Of a stretch of DNA of 64,000 nucleotides, positions 42,190-54,779 are shown one piece after another. Positions within the stretch are counted from its first letter, which is position 1; each line of letters starts with the position of its first letter. A program made the position numbers and the translations under genes. The notes under the pieces are model-generated. The model was not told where the DNA came from and did not search any database. It was given only the letters and a program-made list of their open reading frames with translations. Origin of the DNA: Octopus vulgaris. Lineage: Eukaryota. Location of the stretch: assembly GCA_951406725.2 (NCBI GenBank), contig OX597826.1, forward strand, positions 29,822,001 through 29,886,000. The letters run 5' to 3'.

Positions 42190-43210
42190 TAGAATAATAA
42201 CTTAGAAACGTTTTGGCCAGTATTGGCCCAGGCCATGTCTAACTTAATAGCACCACCTGGCGAAGTCTTTCAATTCAGGATTTGGGCACCAAGGCCCATT
42301 CGAGCAGAGAGTTATTGTTTGCGGAGACATATCCGGGTGTGGGTGGTTTGTCCGAGACTGTTTGAAGGAATTTGTCCAAAGACTTCTTGAATTTTGTGTG
42401 GTCAGTTTCTTTTTTGACGTGTCCTGGTGTAATGTTGAAGAGAGCGGGTCCAATTGAGGTGAAATAGTTGTGCCGTATTGTCGTTATGTGATGCGATTTA
42501 GATTTTTGTTGTGGACGGATGGCACGTGGTCCAAGCCTTGGATGTATTTTGAAGGTGATGCCAACATCATTCGGACAGTGCTGATGGAATATTTTCCACA
42601 TCATACAGATAATGTAGCGTTCACGGCGTCGTTGGAGTGAATACAGTTTCAGCTTCTCTAGTCTACCCCAGTAGTCAAGGTCTGACATGCCATCTATCTT
42701 TTTTGTGATTGACCTTTGGGGAGCTTCAATTCTCATAATATTTTGTTTTGTGTAGGGAGACCACAGTGGACAGCAGTATTCAAGGTGGGGTCGGGCAAAA
42801 GTGGAGAAGAGAAGGATAATAGTGTGGGAATCTCTCGACTGGAAGGTTCTGAGAATCCAGGAACACATTCTGCGGGCCATGTCAACTTTGCTGCTTATAT
42901 GTGTAGCCCAGCTTATGTTGTTGTCCACTGTTACTCCCAAGTCTCTGATGTTGTTGGATGCCATGAGAATTTCTCCAGAAGGAAGAGAGTATGGGAGTTT
43001 CAGAGCGTCCTCCCTTCCAAAGTGGATCAGTTCGAATTTGTCTTCATTTAGCAACATGTTATTCTTTTCCGCCCATTGGACAACAGCCAGTAGGTCTGAC
43101 TGAAGGCTTATTCGGTCATCCACGCCATTGATGACCTTCTGGAGCTTGGAATCATCAGCGAAGGTTCTGATGTTACTGTGTTTGATGGTGTCAGTAATAT
43201 CATTTATGTA
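42190..43210 (-). mobile_element. 5'-truncated CR1-like LINE; open RT C-terminal half (stop at 42275)
   Basis: YINDI...FADDSKL...LQSDL...QWA...RDLGVTVD...RPHLEYCCPLWSP...QRSITK...LKLYSLQRRRER, about 310 uninterrupted codons. Confidence 0.93.
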
Positions 43211-43249
43211 GATATATATATTTATATAATTATGTATATACATACACAC

Positions 43250-43297
<48 letters not shown>

Positions 43298-43571
43298 GAT
43301 TGTGAATATGAAATGTGTTCCGAAGTGAATTGCAGCTGTACATGTCCTCCAGTCAAAAACAATACAACTATTATATCGCTTCTCATATTTATCACACTTT
43401 TTCGTATATTTCTTCCATATTTCCATGTGTCTATTACACAAGTATTGTTACAAATAGTTTTGCATGCAAGTGGTTCCTGCATACCAGCGCATTTGCGTGC
43501 ATATGCATATCTACATGTATATATGTAGCTGCACATTTATTTGCACACACGCATACATATGCGTATCTCTG

Positions 43572-43640
<69 letters not shown>

Positions 43641-43681
43641 TTATCACCCTGTCTGTCTGTCACTTTCTCTCTCTTCATACA

Positions 43682-43715
<34 letters not shown>

Positions 43716-43768
43716 CATACATACATACATACATACATACATACATACATTCATACATACATACATAT

Positions 43769-43811
<43 letters not shown>

Positions 43812-44335
43812 TATATATATATACATACATACATACACATATATACATCTCTTATTATAAAAGGCAGATTTTATCTGCCTCCCTTTGTCAGTTATAGAAA
43901 TCTACAATATAGGATTTCTTCAATTACAATTTACCTAGCATTTTTAAGAGTAGAATGCATCGGGTCATGCCAGGTCCAGTTTTTAAAATTTAAACTCCAA
44001 TTAAGCAAAATTTACAGAAAACTCACATTCTGGTGTGTATGTCAAATGCTTTTCTTAGTCTGGTTTACAGCACACGCAAACGCACACACACAGTGTGCAA
44101 CGAATAAACTGAAACTAATTCACTGTGTGTTGACAGGTAGAAAATAGAATGCGATGGCGATGACGATGTAATATTTGTTTCTATCTATGACGCTGATACA
44201 TGAGTAAAATGTATGGGAAGCTAAGAGATAAGAGTGAGTGAAAATGTTCTTGGAAGAGAGTAAATAGCGAGAGTGATTTGAGGAAGACTTTACATTAAAT
44301 AACCGTAGTGGCTTGTATATATATATATATACATA

Positions 44336-44600
44336 CATAAGACAGTAAGGTGTGATTTGAGGGAGATTTGGCTGCTATTTCTACCATGTCTAGCTGCCAT
44401 GTAGGGGTCTCCCTCATAGGCTCATACATACATATATACATAGATAAGACAGTAAGGTGTGATTTGGGGGAAATTTGGCTGCTATTTCTACCAGGTCTAG
44501 CTACCATGTAGAGGTCCCCCTCATTGGCTCATATATATATACATACATAAGACAGTAAGGTGTGATTTGAGGGAGATTTGGCTGCTGTTTCTACCAGGTC
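44336..44600 (+). repeat. Tandem repeat of a unit of about 105 nt, roughly 2.5 copies
   Basis: ATAAGACAGTAAGGTGTGATTTG.GGGA.ATTTGGCTGCT occurs three times. A dispersed copy lies at about 14018-14110. Confidence 0.85.
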
Positions 44601-44968
44601 TGTTAGGCCTTCTCATGTAAACTCAAGCTTTCTCATGCCTTGAACATAAGACCAAAGCAGAGAATGTATTCTTTTATTCTTCTGCTTTTTCCAGCCATTG
44701 GTCTGTGGCCATGCTGGGGCAATGCCTTGAAGAATTGTAGTTTAATGAATCAACTCCAGTTTTATTTTTGTAAGCATTGTACTTATTCTATCTGTTTCCT
44801 TTGTCAAACCACTAGGTGACAGGGATGTAAACAAACCAACATTCGTTGTCAAGCAGTGGTGGAGGACAATCACAAGCACAGACACGCACACACACACACA
44901 TACATACATACACATATACACACATACATACATACATACATATATATATATATGTGTGTATATATATA

Positions 44969-45291
44969 TTGCAGCGTGGAAGGTGTTTGTAAGCCATTTA
45001 AGAAACACACAAAAACCGTTAGATTCACTTCAACATTTAAATTTAATTTGCCAAAATATTTTCCTCGCTTTGAGACCGCGACCTGTTCACTGACAAAAAT
45101 ATTGTGCTAACAGGTCGCGGTCTCAAAGCGACGAAAATATTATGACAAATTAAATTTAAATGTTGAAGTGAATCTAACGGTTTTTCTGTGTTTCTTAAAT
45201 GGCTTATAAACACCTTCAACGCTGCAACTGTTTTCGTTCCAGCACACGATCTCAGATCAAGTCACTTGCTATGCAAGTACATCTCTGTAAC
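44969..45291. mobile_element. Palindromic PLE pseudo-LTR-like element between (TA)n tracts
   Basis: 119-bp inverted arms 44969-45087 and 45109-45227 with 6 mismatches and a 21-nt spacer, then a 64-nt tail. Confidence 0.8.
45047..45097 (-). ncRNA. Candidate hammerhead with G3-C8 swapped core
   Basis: tttgtca-GTGAACA-g-gtcgc(ggtctcaaa)gcgag-GAAA-atat-TT-tggcaaa. The other arm supplies gcgac and tgacaaa. Confidence 0.6.
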
Positions 45292-45322
<31 letters not shown>

Positions 45323-45385
45323 TGGTAAAAACAGTAAGATAACAAAAGAAGGAAAGAGACCTCAATATTATGTAAATAGAGGAAA

Positions 45386-45780
45386 TCTTTATATATAAAA
45401 GTGAGGTTGTGTGTCTGTCTCCTACGATTTAGATTCCTAACTACTCCCACATTTTGCGGTGCAGTTTAACCAAAACCGGGTATCTTATAGTCGTGATTCA
45501 TATCGAGACCGTCTGGGTATTAGCGCGCGTCTACGATGAGTCTACGATTTAAAAAAAAAATTACCATCAATTTTTCCCATTTTTAATCCATTTTTGACAT
45601 ATATAAGGGAAGTAACTCTCTAAAATTTATTATTAAATCTCAGAACGAAAAAAGCTACAGTAACACCCCTCCCCCTTTGTGGTTAGCCATATTGAGATGG
45701 CTATTATACTTTACATCTCTAAAAATGCTTATATAATTATTTCCCTTACAAACCCGAGCAACGCCGGGCGATACTGCTAG
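45386..45780 (+). mobile_element. Non-autonomous Helitron
   Basis: A|TC...CCCGAGCAACGCCGGG-cgatactg-CTAG|T. Homologous to 24426-25051. Confidence 0.85.
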
Positions 45781-45789
45781 TTATATATA

Positions 45790-47244
45790 TAAATAAATAT
45801 ATGGAGTTAAACGCAGGTGTTATTCAAATTCTTTTATTTTCGACATTTGTTTAGAAGATATCACTGGTATTATTCCAAAGGAATAAAATAGTGTAAAACA
45901 ATGTTATCTTCTCTTCAGGGAAATGAAAAATGAAATTCGTCCAATAAGACATTTTAACAGAAAATAATGGATACGTATAGTGATTAACTGAACGCTATTG
46001 AGTTTGTTTCAAAAAAACCTTAGCGGATATAACGTCAAAGGTAGCCTATAGAAAGAGGAAGGGTAAAAAAACCCAAATAAATGAGAAGTATATAACTAAA
46101 TGTATATTAAATAAAACCATATAGGCTTGGAAAAAAGATATAGCTAGTGAGTGTGTAATGTAAGAAGAAAATTAATGTTTAAATTATATATAAGGATATA
46201 TATAACTTAAATGAACTAAAAGTGTGTTTCTGCCAATATTTACATCGGTGTGAATGCTCTATAACTGTGTTTACAAGGGGAGTTTTGGAAAAAAAGAATA
46301 AGAAATAGTTCAGAATTACAGAGAAGACAGAATTCCTTGCCTTTGTCATAAGGTATCCGTAAATGTAGAGTAATGATTAGAAATTCTTTTAGATAACTGA
46401 AAAGATGAGCTTCTTATATAAAAATACTTCATTACCAGAAGTAATTTTACACTGGTATATAGAATTTTAAATTTTAGAGTTACTTGACATAAACTTGATT
46501 CTGTTTTAATTGACTTCAGATACAATAACCTTGTTATTAATATTGTTATTAATATTTCTAGGGGGATGGGGGATGGATGGTCTTAGCTAAATTTATGTTA
46601 GTATTAGTAAATCTATCAATATTTAACAGGTTAATATTACGTGAAGAGATAATTTGTAAAAGATTTTTGTGTTGGAAAAAACAATCCTAACCGTGTGTGA
46701 GTTGATAATAGAGTAATACCTAGAATTCTTTGGAAAATTCCGAATAATAGCTTCACGAAACTGCAATTGGAGATTAGATTTAATTTGCCTCCCGTATGGA
46801 ATAATTAACCAAATGGTTTTACTATTAGTTATCTTATTTCTAGTGTAACTAATTTTGAAAGACGTAAATTTACCTTTAGAACGAAAATAGGGGTTTAAAT
46901 AAGGGTTATCTCCCTTCTTCTGTTTGGTGTTAACGTATAAATTAGAACTGATATCGTTTATATCCTTACAACTAAATTTCGTATCTCCATTAGTAAAGGT
47001 AGAATAAGATTGAATAGAATTAATGTAGGTAGCTTTCTCTGTATAACCTGCTTTAAGTAAGGCGGAGTTATAAAATTCGGCCTTATCATTGAAAATGTCA
47101 ACATTAGCAGATAACTTAGACAATCTAAATGAAATATTCTTAACTAAGTTCATAGTAACTGCCTTAGAATGATTACTGAATTTGCTAATATACTTAAGAT
47201 TGGTCGATGGTTTGTGGTACGGGAAGTACGAGTTATTGTGTAAG

Positions 47245-47248
<4 letters not shown>
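45790..47248 (-). pseudogene. 5'-truncated Penelope-like element: RT thumb/linker, GIY-YIG remnant and 3' pseudo-LTR
   Basis: YFPYHKP...YISKFSNH...RLSKLS...YNSALLKAGY...IWLIIPY...NFPKNS; IYQCKITS...YIRSSSFQLSKRISNH at about 46460-46373; decayed HHR at 45923-45837. Confidence 0.85.
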
Positions 47249-47306
<58 letters not shown>

Positions 47307-48178
47307 CATACATACATAATACACACACACATATATGTATTTAACTTTGGAAGAAAGACCCCAAACTTAAAAAATAAGTTTTGAGGTTGGTGCCCCAGCA
47401 TGGTCAGAATCTAATGACTGAAACAGAATAATAATAGAATAGTTCCTCGTAATAGTATATAATATCGGATGTTGTCCAAGGTGTACTATGCCTCGAAAAT
47501 GTTGGGTTGGGCACAAATGGAAGGCTTTTGTTTATAGTTTTACTGTATGAGAATTAATTTGCGACTAAATTATACGTGCTCCAGCATGACCGCAGTCAAA
47601 TGACTGTAACAAGTGCAAAAAATGATTAAATGAAACAAGGACAGCGACCACAGCAGTAACATCAACAACAGCACCAACGACAACAGTCAAAACGACAAAG
47701 GCAAAATCGACAACAACAACAACAATAAGAGCAACAATAACAACAGCCACAACAATAACTGGCTCTGGTTTTCCGTTCTCAAGTGAATCTTGATGGCCGA
47801 AAAGAAACCTGACATGAACACTTTTGAGATATAATAAATACGAGACAAAGACGCCATCTTAACCGTGACTCGCTCTTACAATACAGCTACAGTAAATAAA
47901 ACAGCCATTAATAATAACAATGATACTCGTCGACCTCCTCCCCGTTCTCTTCCTTCTCCTCCTCCTCTTCTTCTTCCTCCTCCTCCTCCTACTACTACTA
48001 CTACTACAACTAATAATAATAACAACAGATCATCATCATCATCATCATCGTCAACATCAACAACAACAACAACAGCAACAACAACCACAACAACAACAAC
48101 AATAATAATTATAATAATAATAATAACAACAAAAACAACAACAACAGCAATAATAATAATAATAATAATAACAACAAC

Positions 48179-48234
<56 letters not shown>

Positions 48235-48356
48235 TAATAATAATAATAATAATGATGATAATAATAATAATAGCAAAAAAATAATTCATTTCAGCAAGCA
48301 GAAAACAGGAAGATTTGTGTCTTGAAACGTGGGTGGATCAAGGAAATTTATTGTTC

Positions 48357-48440
<84 letters not shown>

Positions 48441-48714
48441 AGTGGAGAAACATCTGCTTTTGCATTGAAAACAGGATTAGCCACAAGTTTTAACTTTTCT
48501 TTTATGAATGATTTTCTTCATCATATCAATATATTTCCTTATATCTATGTATATACATACATATACATACACACCATATATACACAATTTATATATATCT
48601 ACATATACATACAAATATATATGCATACATATATATCTACATATATGTTGGTAGTGGATATATATAGATACATGTATGTATGTTTATATATGTATATGTA
48701 TGTATATATGTATG

Positions 48715-48800
<86 letters not shown>

Positions 48801-49276
48801 AATATATATATATATACATACATATGTATATACGTACGTATGTATATAGATGCACACACAACACACTCTCACATGTACACACGAAGAATTTGTAAGCATA
48901 TATTTTATGTGGGACAACTGGAGGCCAAAGGAATGGCACTTGAAGGCATTTCTTGTTGTTTCTTCAATAAATCTATTTTAGAAGTTTTGGAAATATATTT
49001 CATTCTTTACAACGGTTTAGATGTCAAACGATAAATTATCGAATTTGTTTTAGATAGCATTCTTCTTTCTCAAGTTCTTTACATCCTAATCTTTCCAATA
49101 TCCTTCCTGCTCCCTATTGTAATTCCTTCCGATAATCCTGCCTCCCGAAACATCCTTCCCTATTCTTTGTCTTTCTAAACTGGTGTTTATACCCCAAGCC
49201 CCAAAGCTATCTCTGTAACAATGCTCTCTAAGACAAGCAGAAGGCACGAATGGTTACAAAAGAGACAGAAAGATAG

Positions 49277-49332
<56 letters not shown>

Positions 49333-49713
49333 TGTGTGTGTGTGAGAGAGAAAGGGAGGGGTTGGAAGTGAGAAAAAGAGGGAGAGGCATGAATGAAGTG
49401 AAGGGGATTTCCGGTGAAAAAGTAATGGCTTCTTATTTTGGTCATAGTTTTATATTTATATAGAGATTCTCACAACGTCTTTATTCACGCCTTGAGAAGA
49501 ACTTTAGAGAGAGAAATTAAAAGGGAATATATATATATATATTTAGGAAGGTAGGTAGGTTCAAGAATAACTGTATGGTTAATAGGTGTTCTTTACAACA
49601 ACGTGGTTTCTGGATGAGATCCACTTCGTGGAACCTTGGGCAAGAGTTTTCTACTATAGTCTCAGGATGATCAATACTTTGTGAGTGAATGTGGTAGATG
49701 GAAACTGTATTAA

Positions 49714-49756
<43 letters not shown>

Positions 49757-50019
49757 CTAAAAATTCTTTCGACTGATATGTAATCTTGACGGTTACCGTG
49801 TTGTCTCTTATATCGGTTCTCACTGCTGGCTGGCCACAGCGAATGTTGGGGAAACTTAAGCTGGTGAAAATTTACTAGGACTCGGTTATTAACTTCGCTT
49901 AGTAAGTCCGAATCTCCTCTTAAGGACTGCGTAGATACCGCAGAGAAAATAATGAGATTAATGAAGAACAGGACATACACCTTTAATATGAAGATCAACA
50001 ATTTCTCTAGAAATAAACT

Positions 50020-50225
50020 ATATGATAATACAGAAAGGCTTATTATTCCCATAGGTAAGCAAAATCATTTCAAATATTCTGAATTTATTCTATGCGGCAG
50101 AAGAAAAACATTTTCCAAAAAATAGCAAGGTACTATCAGTTGTTTAACACTCATGAAATTAAAATAGCGTTTTCTAATAGTAGAAACCTAGCACAAATTA
50201 TTGCGAAGGGATTAAATAATTTCTA
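50020..50225 (+). pseudogene. Penelope-like element linker fragment
   Basis: LIIPIGKQ..SNILNLFYAAEEKHFPKNS..YYQLFNTHEIKIAFSNSRNLAQII, homologous to the ORF at 46670-46820. Confidence 0.7.
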
Positions 50226-51965
50226 AGAGAATGTTATTAATTATAATCAGAACATAAACAGTAATTTGATAGCTAACACTAATGAGATAAGCTTGATTGA
50301 TAGCTATAATATCATAGGAAATAGTTATAAGGGAAACAACATAAAGGAAGCAATCGATGACAATCCTAGGATCGAACTTGAAGGAGAAGATATAAACGCT
50401 AGAAAGTGCAGCACTAGGAAAGTAAATAGCACTAATAACCGAAGGTATAGCAACAACAGAATTAATGCAAGGGAAGTAAAAAGTGTTGATTCAGCTACTA
50501 TAACGGAAAGCGGTGACCAGAATGTAAAAGATCAAAATAGTGTAATTAACTTAGAACATAGAAAAAATAAATATAAGAATATAATTAATCAAATAATTGA
50601 ATAAATATTAATTAAATATTCAGGACTGCCACTTTACGTTGGCAAATAGACTTTACCCCTCCTCTCTCTCCCTCTCTCTCTTTCTTTCTCTCTCTCTCTT
50701 TATATATATATATATGTGTGTGTGTGTGTATGTGTGTATGTGTGTGTGTGTATGTATGTATGACACTGTTCAGTTTTATTTCAAGACTTCTTGCCAATAG
50801 AGAAAGAGCCAGTTCCTAACTTAGATTCAAGGCTCCTTCATTGGAATTTCAACATGTGTGTCTTTGTTTCTGTGTTTGCCCCTCTCCCACCCCAACGCTT
50901 GGTGTGTTTACATCCCCGTAACTTAACGGTTTGGCAAAAGAAACAAATAGAATAAGTACCAGGTTTACAAAATAATAAACACCGGGGGTGGGGGCGATTC
51001 ATTCGACTAAAATTCTTGAAGGTGGTGCCCCAGCTTGGCCGCAGTCTAATGACTGAAACAAGTAAAATATAAAATATATGTCTGCTCAACTTTCCTTATC
51101 CTAAGTTAAACAAATACAGCAACGAGTTACCCTTAGAATATTGCACATACAAGTCGCACTCCCATCATTGTGCATGCAGCAACAAGTTGCACTCACATCA
51201 ATTCCACACAATAGCATGCTGTACTCAGAGCATTGTACATAGAGCAACAAGCTGTACTCACATCATTTTACACACAGCAGAAAGTTGTAATCAAAGCATT
51301 GTGCATACATGTTGCACTTGGGTTGCGCATACACTTGTAGAAATTAATATTGCTAGGTCAGAGCCTTAATGCAATACTAGAGAGACCCAGCACAACGTTC
51401 TAATCGTAGGAACACGAACTGCTACTGTTTACCATTTTATTGACTCAGCACTCGACTCCGCTCACCTGCAGCTCAGCTCTCTACTAAGTAGGAAAGAAAA
51501 ATCAATATCGCGTGCATTTTAAACCGATATATTATGGCAGTAATCGAATTCTTCTGAATCCATGCTGAAACATTGTTTCATTCTTAACCATATAGGAAAG
51601 AAAAAAGAAGAAAAAAAATGAAGAACAAATTCTCAAAGTAGTTTTGTTGTAATAAGGGAAATTTTAGTTCTATTCCATCGTGAAGTGTTTTGCCGGAATT
51701 TACTTCTTGAACCAAATACGAATATATATACGATAACAAAAAATGATAGACATAAAGAAAACTATTAAATGTATCAGATACATTAAATCTATTTAATGTA
51801 CACACTGTACATTATATTATACATATACGCAGGCACATAGAGGCGCACTCACTATGTATAGATGCACGCACATGCGTGCATTTGTATGTTCGTATATATT
51901 CAATATTTTTGCATATTCATAACTGTTTATCAATCTATCTATCTATATACTATTTATATATTATG

Positions 51966-52006
<41 letters not shown>

Positions 52007-52054
52007 ATATATATATATACATACATATATATATATACATACATACTTACATGC

Positions 52055-52102
<48 letters not shown>

Positions 52103-52132
52103 GCATATATATATATATACATACATGCATAT

Positions 52133-52182
<50 letters not shown>

Positions 52183-52424
52183 AATGTATCTATATTTATA
52201 CGTACACACACATACATAGGATATATACATACAAACATATATATATATATATGTGTATATATAAATATGCATACATGTACATATATATATATATACATAT
52301 ATACGCTATCACACTTTCCCTCTCTCTCCACATTCTCTCACAGTCTCTCTTCCTTTCTCTGTCTCCCCTCTCTCTATATATATATAGTTACAAAACCCCC
52401 CACACATAGATAACCGTATACTTG

Positions 52425-52457
<33 letters not shown>

Positions 52458-53098
52458 ATATTTGTGTAATTGAGTTCATTGCTTTACTTTATTTTCTTTT
52501 GCTCATAATGATGATTGAATCAATGGAGTTATACTTGGAAAGTCAGTCTCCTTGGTGATTGCTTAGAAATGACGACGAGATAGAAGAAACAGACATCACT
52601 TCGTTAGAGAATAGGTAAAACTGATAGTCATATGATAAATAGACACACTTGCGCGCGCGCACACACACACACGTATCCACATACTTACGCACAAACTTCC
52701 ATATATACATAATCAGATCCATATATACATGCACATATATACATACATACATTCATGCCTTCATGCATACGTTAGGTTGTGTACCGAGAAAACCTTAAAA
52801 TACTCTGCTTCGCGGAAAAAGAGCAAAAAAAAAAAAAAGAAAACAGAAACGAAACTGACGCGGGTTCTCCAAATCCTGTCTATTAGTGGCTCAGTGAAGA
52901 TTTGCAAAACATTCCAAAAGTTCTTCGTCTGAAATTCTTATGTGAATAGATGCACACACTTGGGTGTATGCATCGACAGTTCAATCAAGAAGCCAACTCA
53001 ACCCCATAGTTACAAACACCGGGAATTCTTTTAATTCAAAAAATCTTGTTGCTTTGTAAGCAATCGGCTTGAAGTTTCTCATGAACTTAAATTAAACT

Positions 53099-53400
53099 TC
53101 CTCTCGGTGAGGAATACGGTCCCAAGGATTAGGTCCGGTTTCTGAGCCACTTGCCATTTCACCATTCGTTTACCGCATGAACTTACATATGCGTGGCTTA
53201 AGCTTTGATGCGAAGGTCTTAGGAACAGGACCCAACCACAGGGACCGTATTCCTCACTGCAAGGAGAGTGGATAACTGTGGCAATTCTAGAGCTAATACA
53301 TGCAACCAAAGCTGCGATCGCAGGTCGCACTAGGACGTTGGGCCGAAAAACGGCGTTCGGCCGCATTGGTCGCGCTGTAAATATTAGACTGAGCCCGGTG
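53099..53400. pseudogene. 18S rRNA 5'-region pseudogene with inverted 5' segment
   Basis: Plus strand TGGATAACTGTGGCAATTCTAGAGCTAATACATGC (53269-53303). Minus strand TCAAAGCTTAAGCCACGCATATGTAAGT...GTGAAATGGCAAGTGGCTCA resembles the 18S 5' end. Confidence 0.8.
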
Positions 53401-53966
53401 CGTACGGGCTGTTGCAGCCGTAAACACCTAATAACTTATAAACATCTAATTATTAAAGCGGAAAAATCATCAGAAAAGCCATTTCGATTAAGTTTTTCAT
53501 ATAAGTATATGTGTGTGTACGTGTGTGTGTGTATGTGTGTGTATGAATGTGTTTGTATGTGTGAGTGTGAGTGTATGTGTATGTGTGCGTGCTTTTTGTG
53601 TCTGTGTCCCCATCACTACTTGACAACCGGTGTTGGTGTGTTTACGTCCTCGTAACTTACCGGTTTGACAAAAGAGACCGCTAGAATATGTATCAGGCTT
53701 AAAAAAATAAGTACTAGGGTTTATTCGTTCGACTTAACTTCTTCAAGGTGGTACCCCAGCGTGGCCGTAGTCTAATGACTTGAACAAGTAAAAAATCAAG
53801 AAATTAAATGATTAAAAGATTATGGAAAGCTAACTCCGTTTAAATGAGTAACTGATATTTTTCTGTCATAAACAAGAGACAGCTTTCATTCAGCCACAAG
53901 ATGTTATTCAGATTGAATTACATACAAAGTTACTTATTACTTTTCGGGGTTTTGCTCAGAAGAAAA

Positions 53967-54232
53967 ATGGCTGACGTTAATAACAGAAACTCTAATACCG
54001 ACATCAAACGTACTGACAAATCTGTGAGCTTTCAAAGATAGCGAAAGAATTCGTTTCACTTCACTGGATCTTTACATTCAAATCAAGATTTACTCCGTTG
54101 CTTTCAAGAAGCAAATGGAAATCCATCTGTTGGCTATCTAAAGCGGTTAAAGAATTTCTGAAATGAACTCCATCCGAACATAAACTTCTTAATCGTTAAA
54201 AGACTTACACAATACGCATCTTTCGTTGCTTG
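53967..54232 (+). pseudogene. Possible non-LTR retrotransposon N-terminal fragment
   Basis: NQDLLRCFQEANGNPSVGYLKRLKNF*NELHP...KRLTQYA resembles N-termini I recall from R4/Dong-type ORFs. Not verified. Confidence 0.35.
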
Positions 54233-54331
54233 AAAAACGGCTGCTGCACACACGTAGATGGCAATTGTTATCTTAACTCTTGCGATGGTAGTTTTCTGAA
54301 GACACCCAAAAGCAGCAAAAGCAGTTATATA

Positions 54332-54431
<100 letters not shown>

Positions 54432-54708
54432 TACAAGAACGCTAAAAATGTATAAACGAACCACTGGCATCAATGTTATTTAATAGTATGTAATTTCTAT
54501 GAATCTTTGTATAAAACTAATTCGACAGTGAGGACTGTAAGATCTGTATTTTTTTTTTGTTCTTGCTTGTTTCAGTTATTGGACTGCGGCCATGCTGGTG
54601 CATTACCTTGAACGCTTCAGTCGAACAAATCAGCCTCAGTACTTTTTTTGTCAAACTCTGGTATTTATTCTATCGTTTTATACAAATACGCATGCGCAAA
54701 TACATATG

Positions 54709-54779
<71 letters not shown>

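Noticed and set aside
43210-43441. N-terminal extension of the 388-aa RT ORF as a fusion gene
   Set aside because: The frame runs through (TA)n into unrelated flank; accidental read-through of a 5'-truncated LINE.
53107-53257. Recombinase-driven invertible switch between 17-bp inverted repeats
   Set aside because: The repeat appears to be part of the 18S-like sequence itself and is better explained as a junction duplication; no recombinase is nearby.
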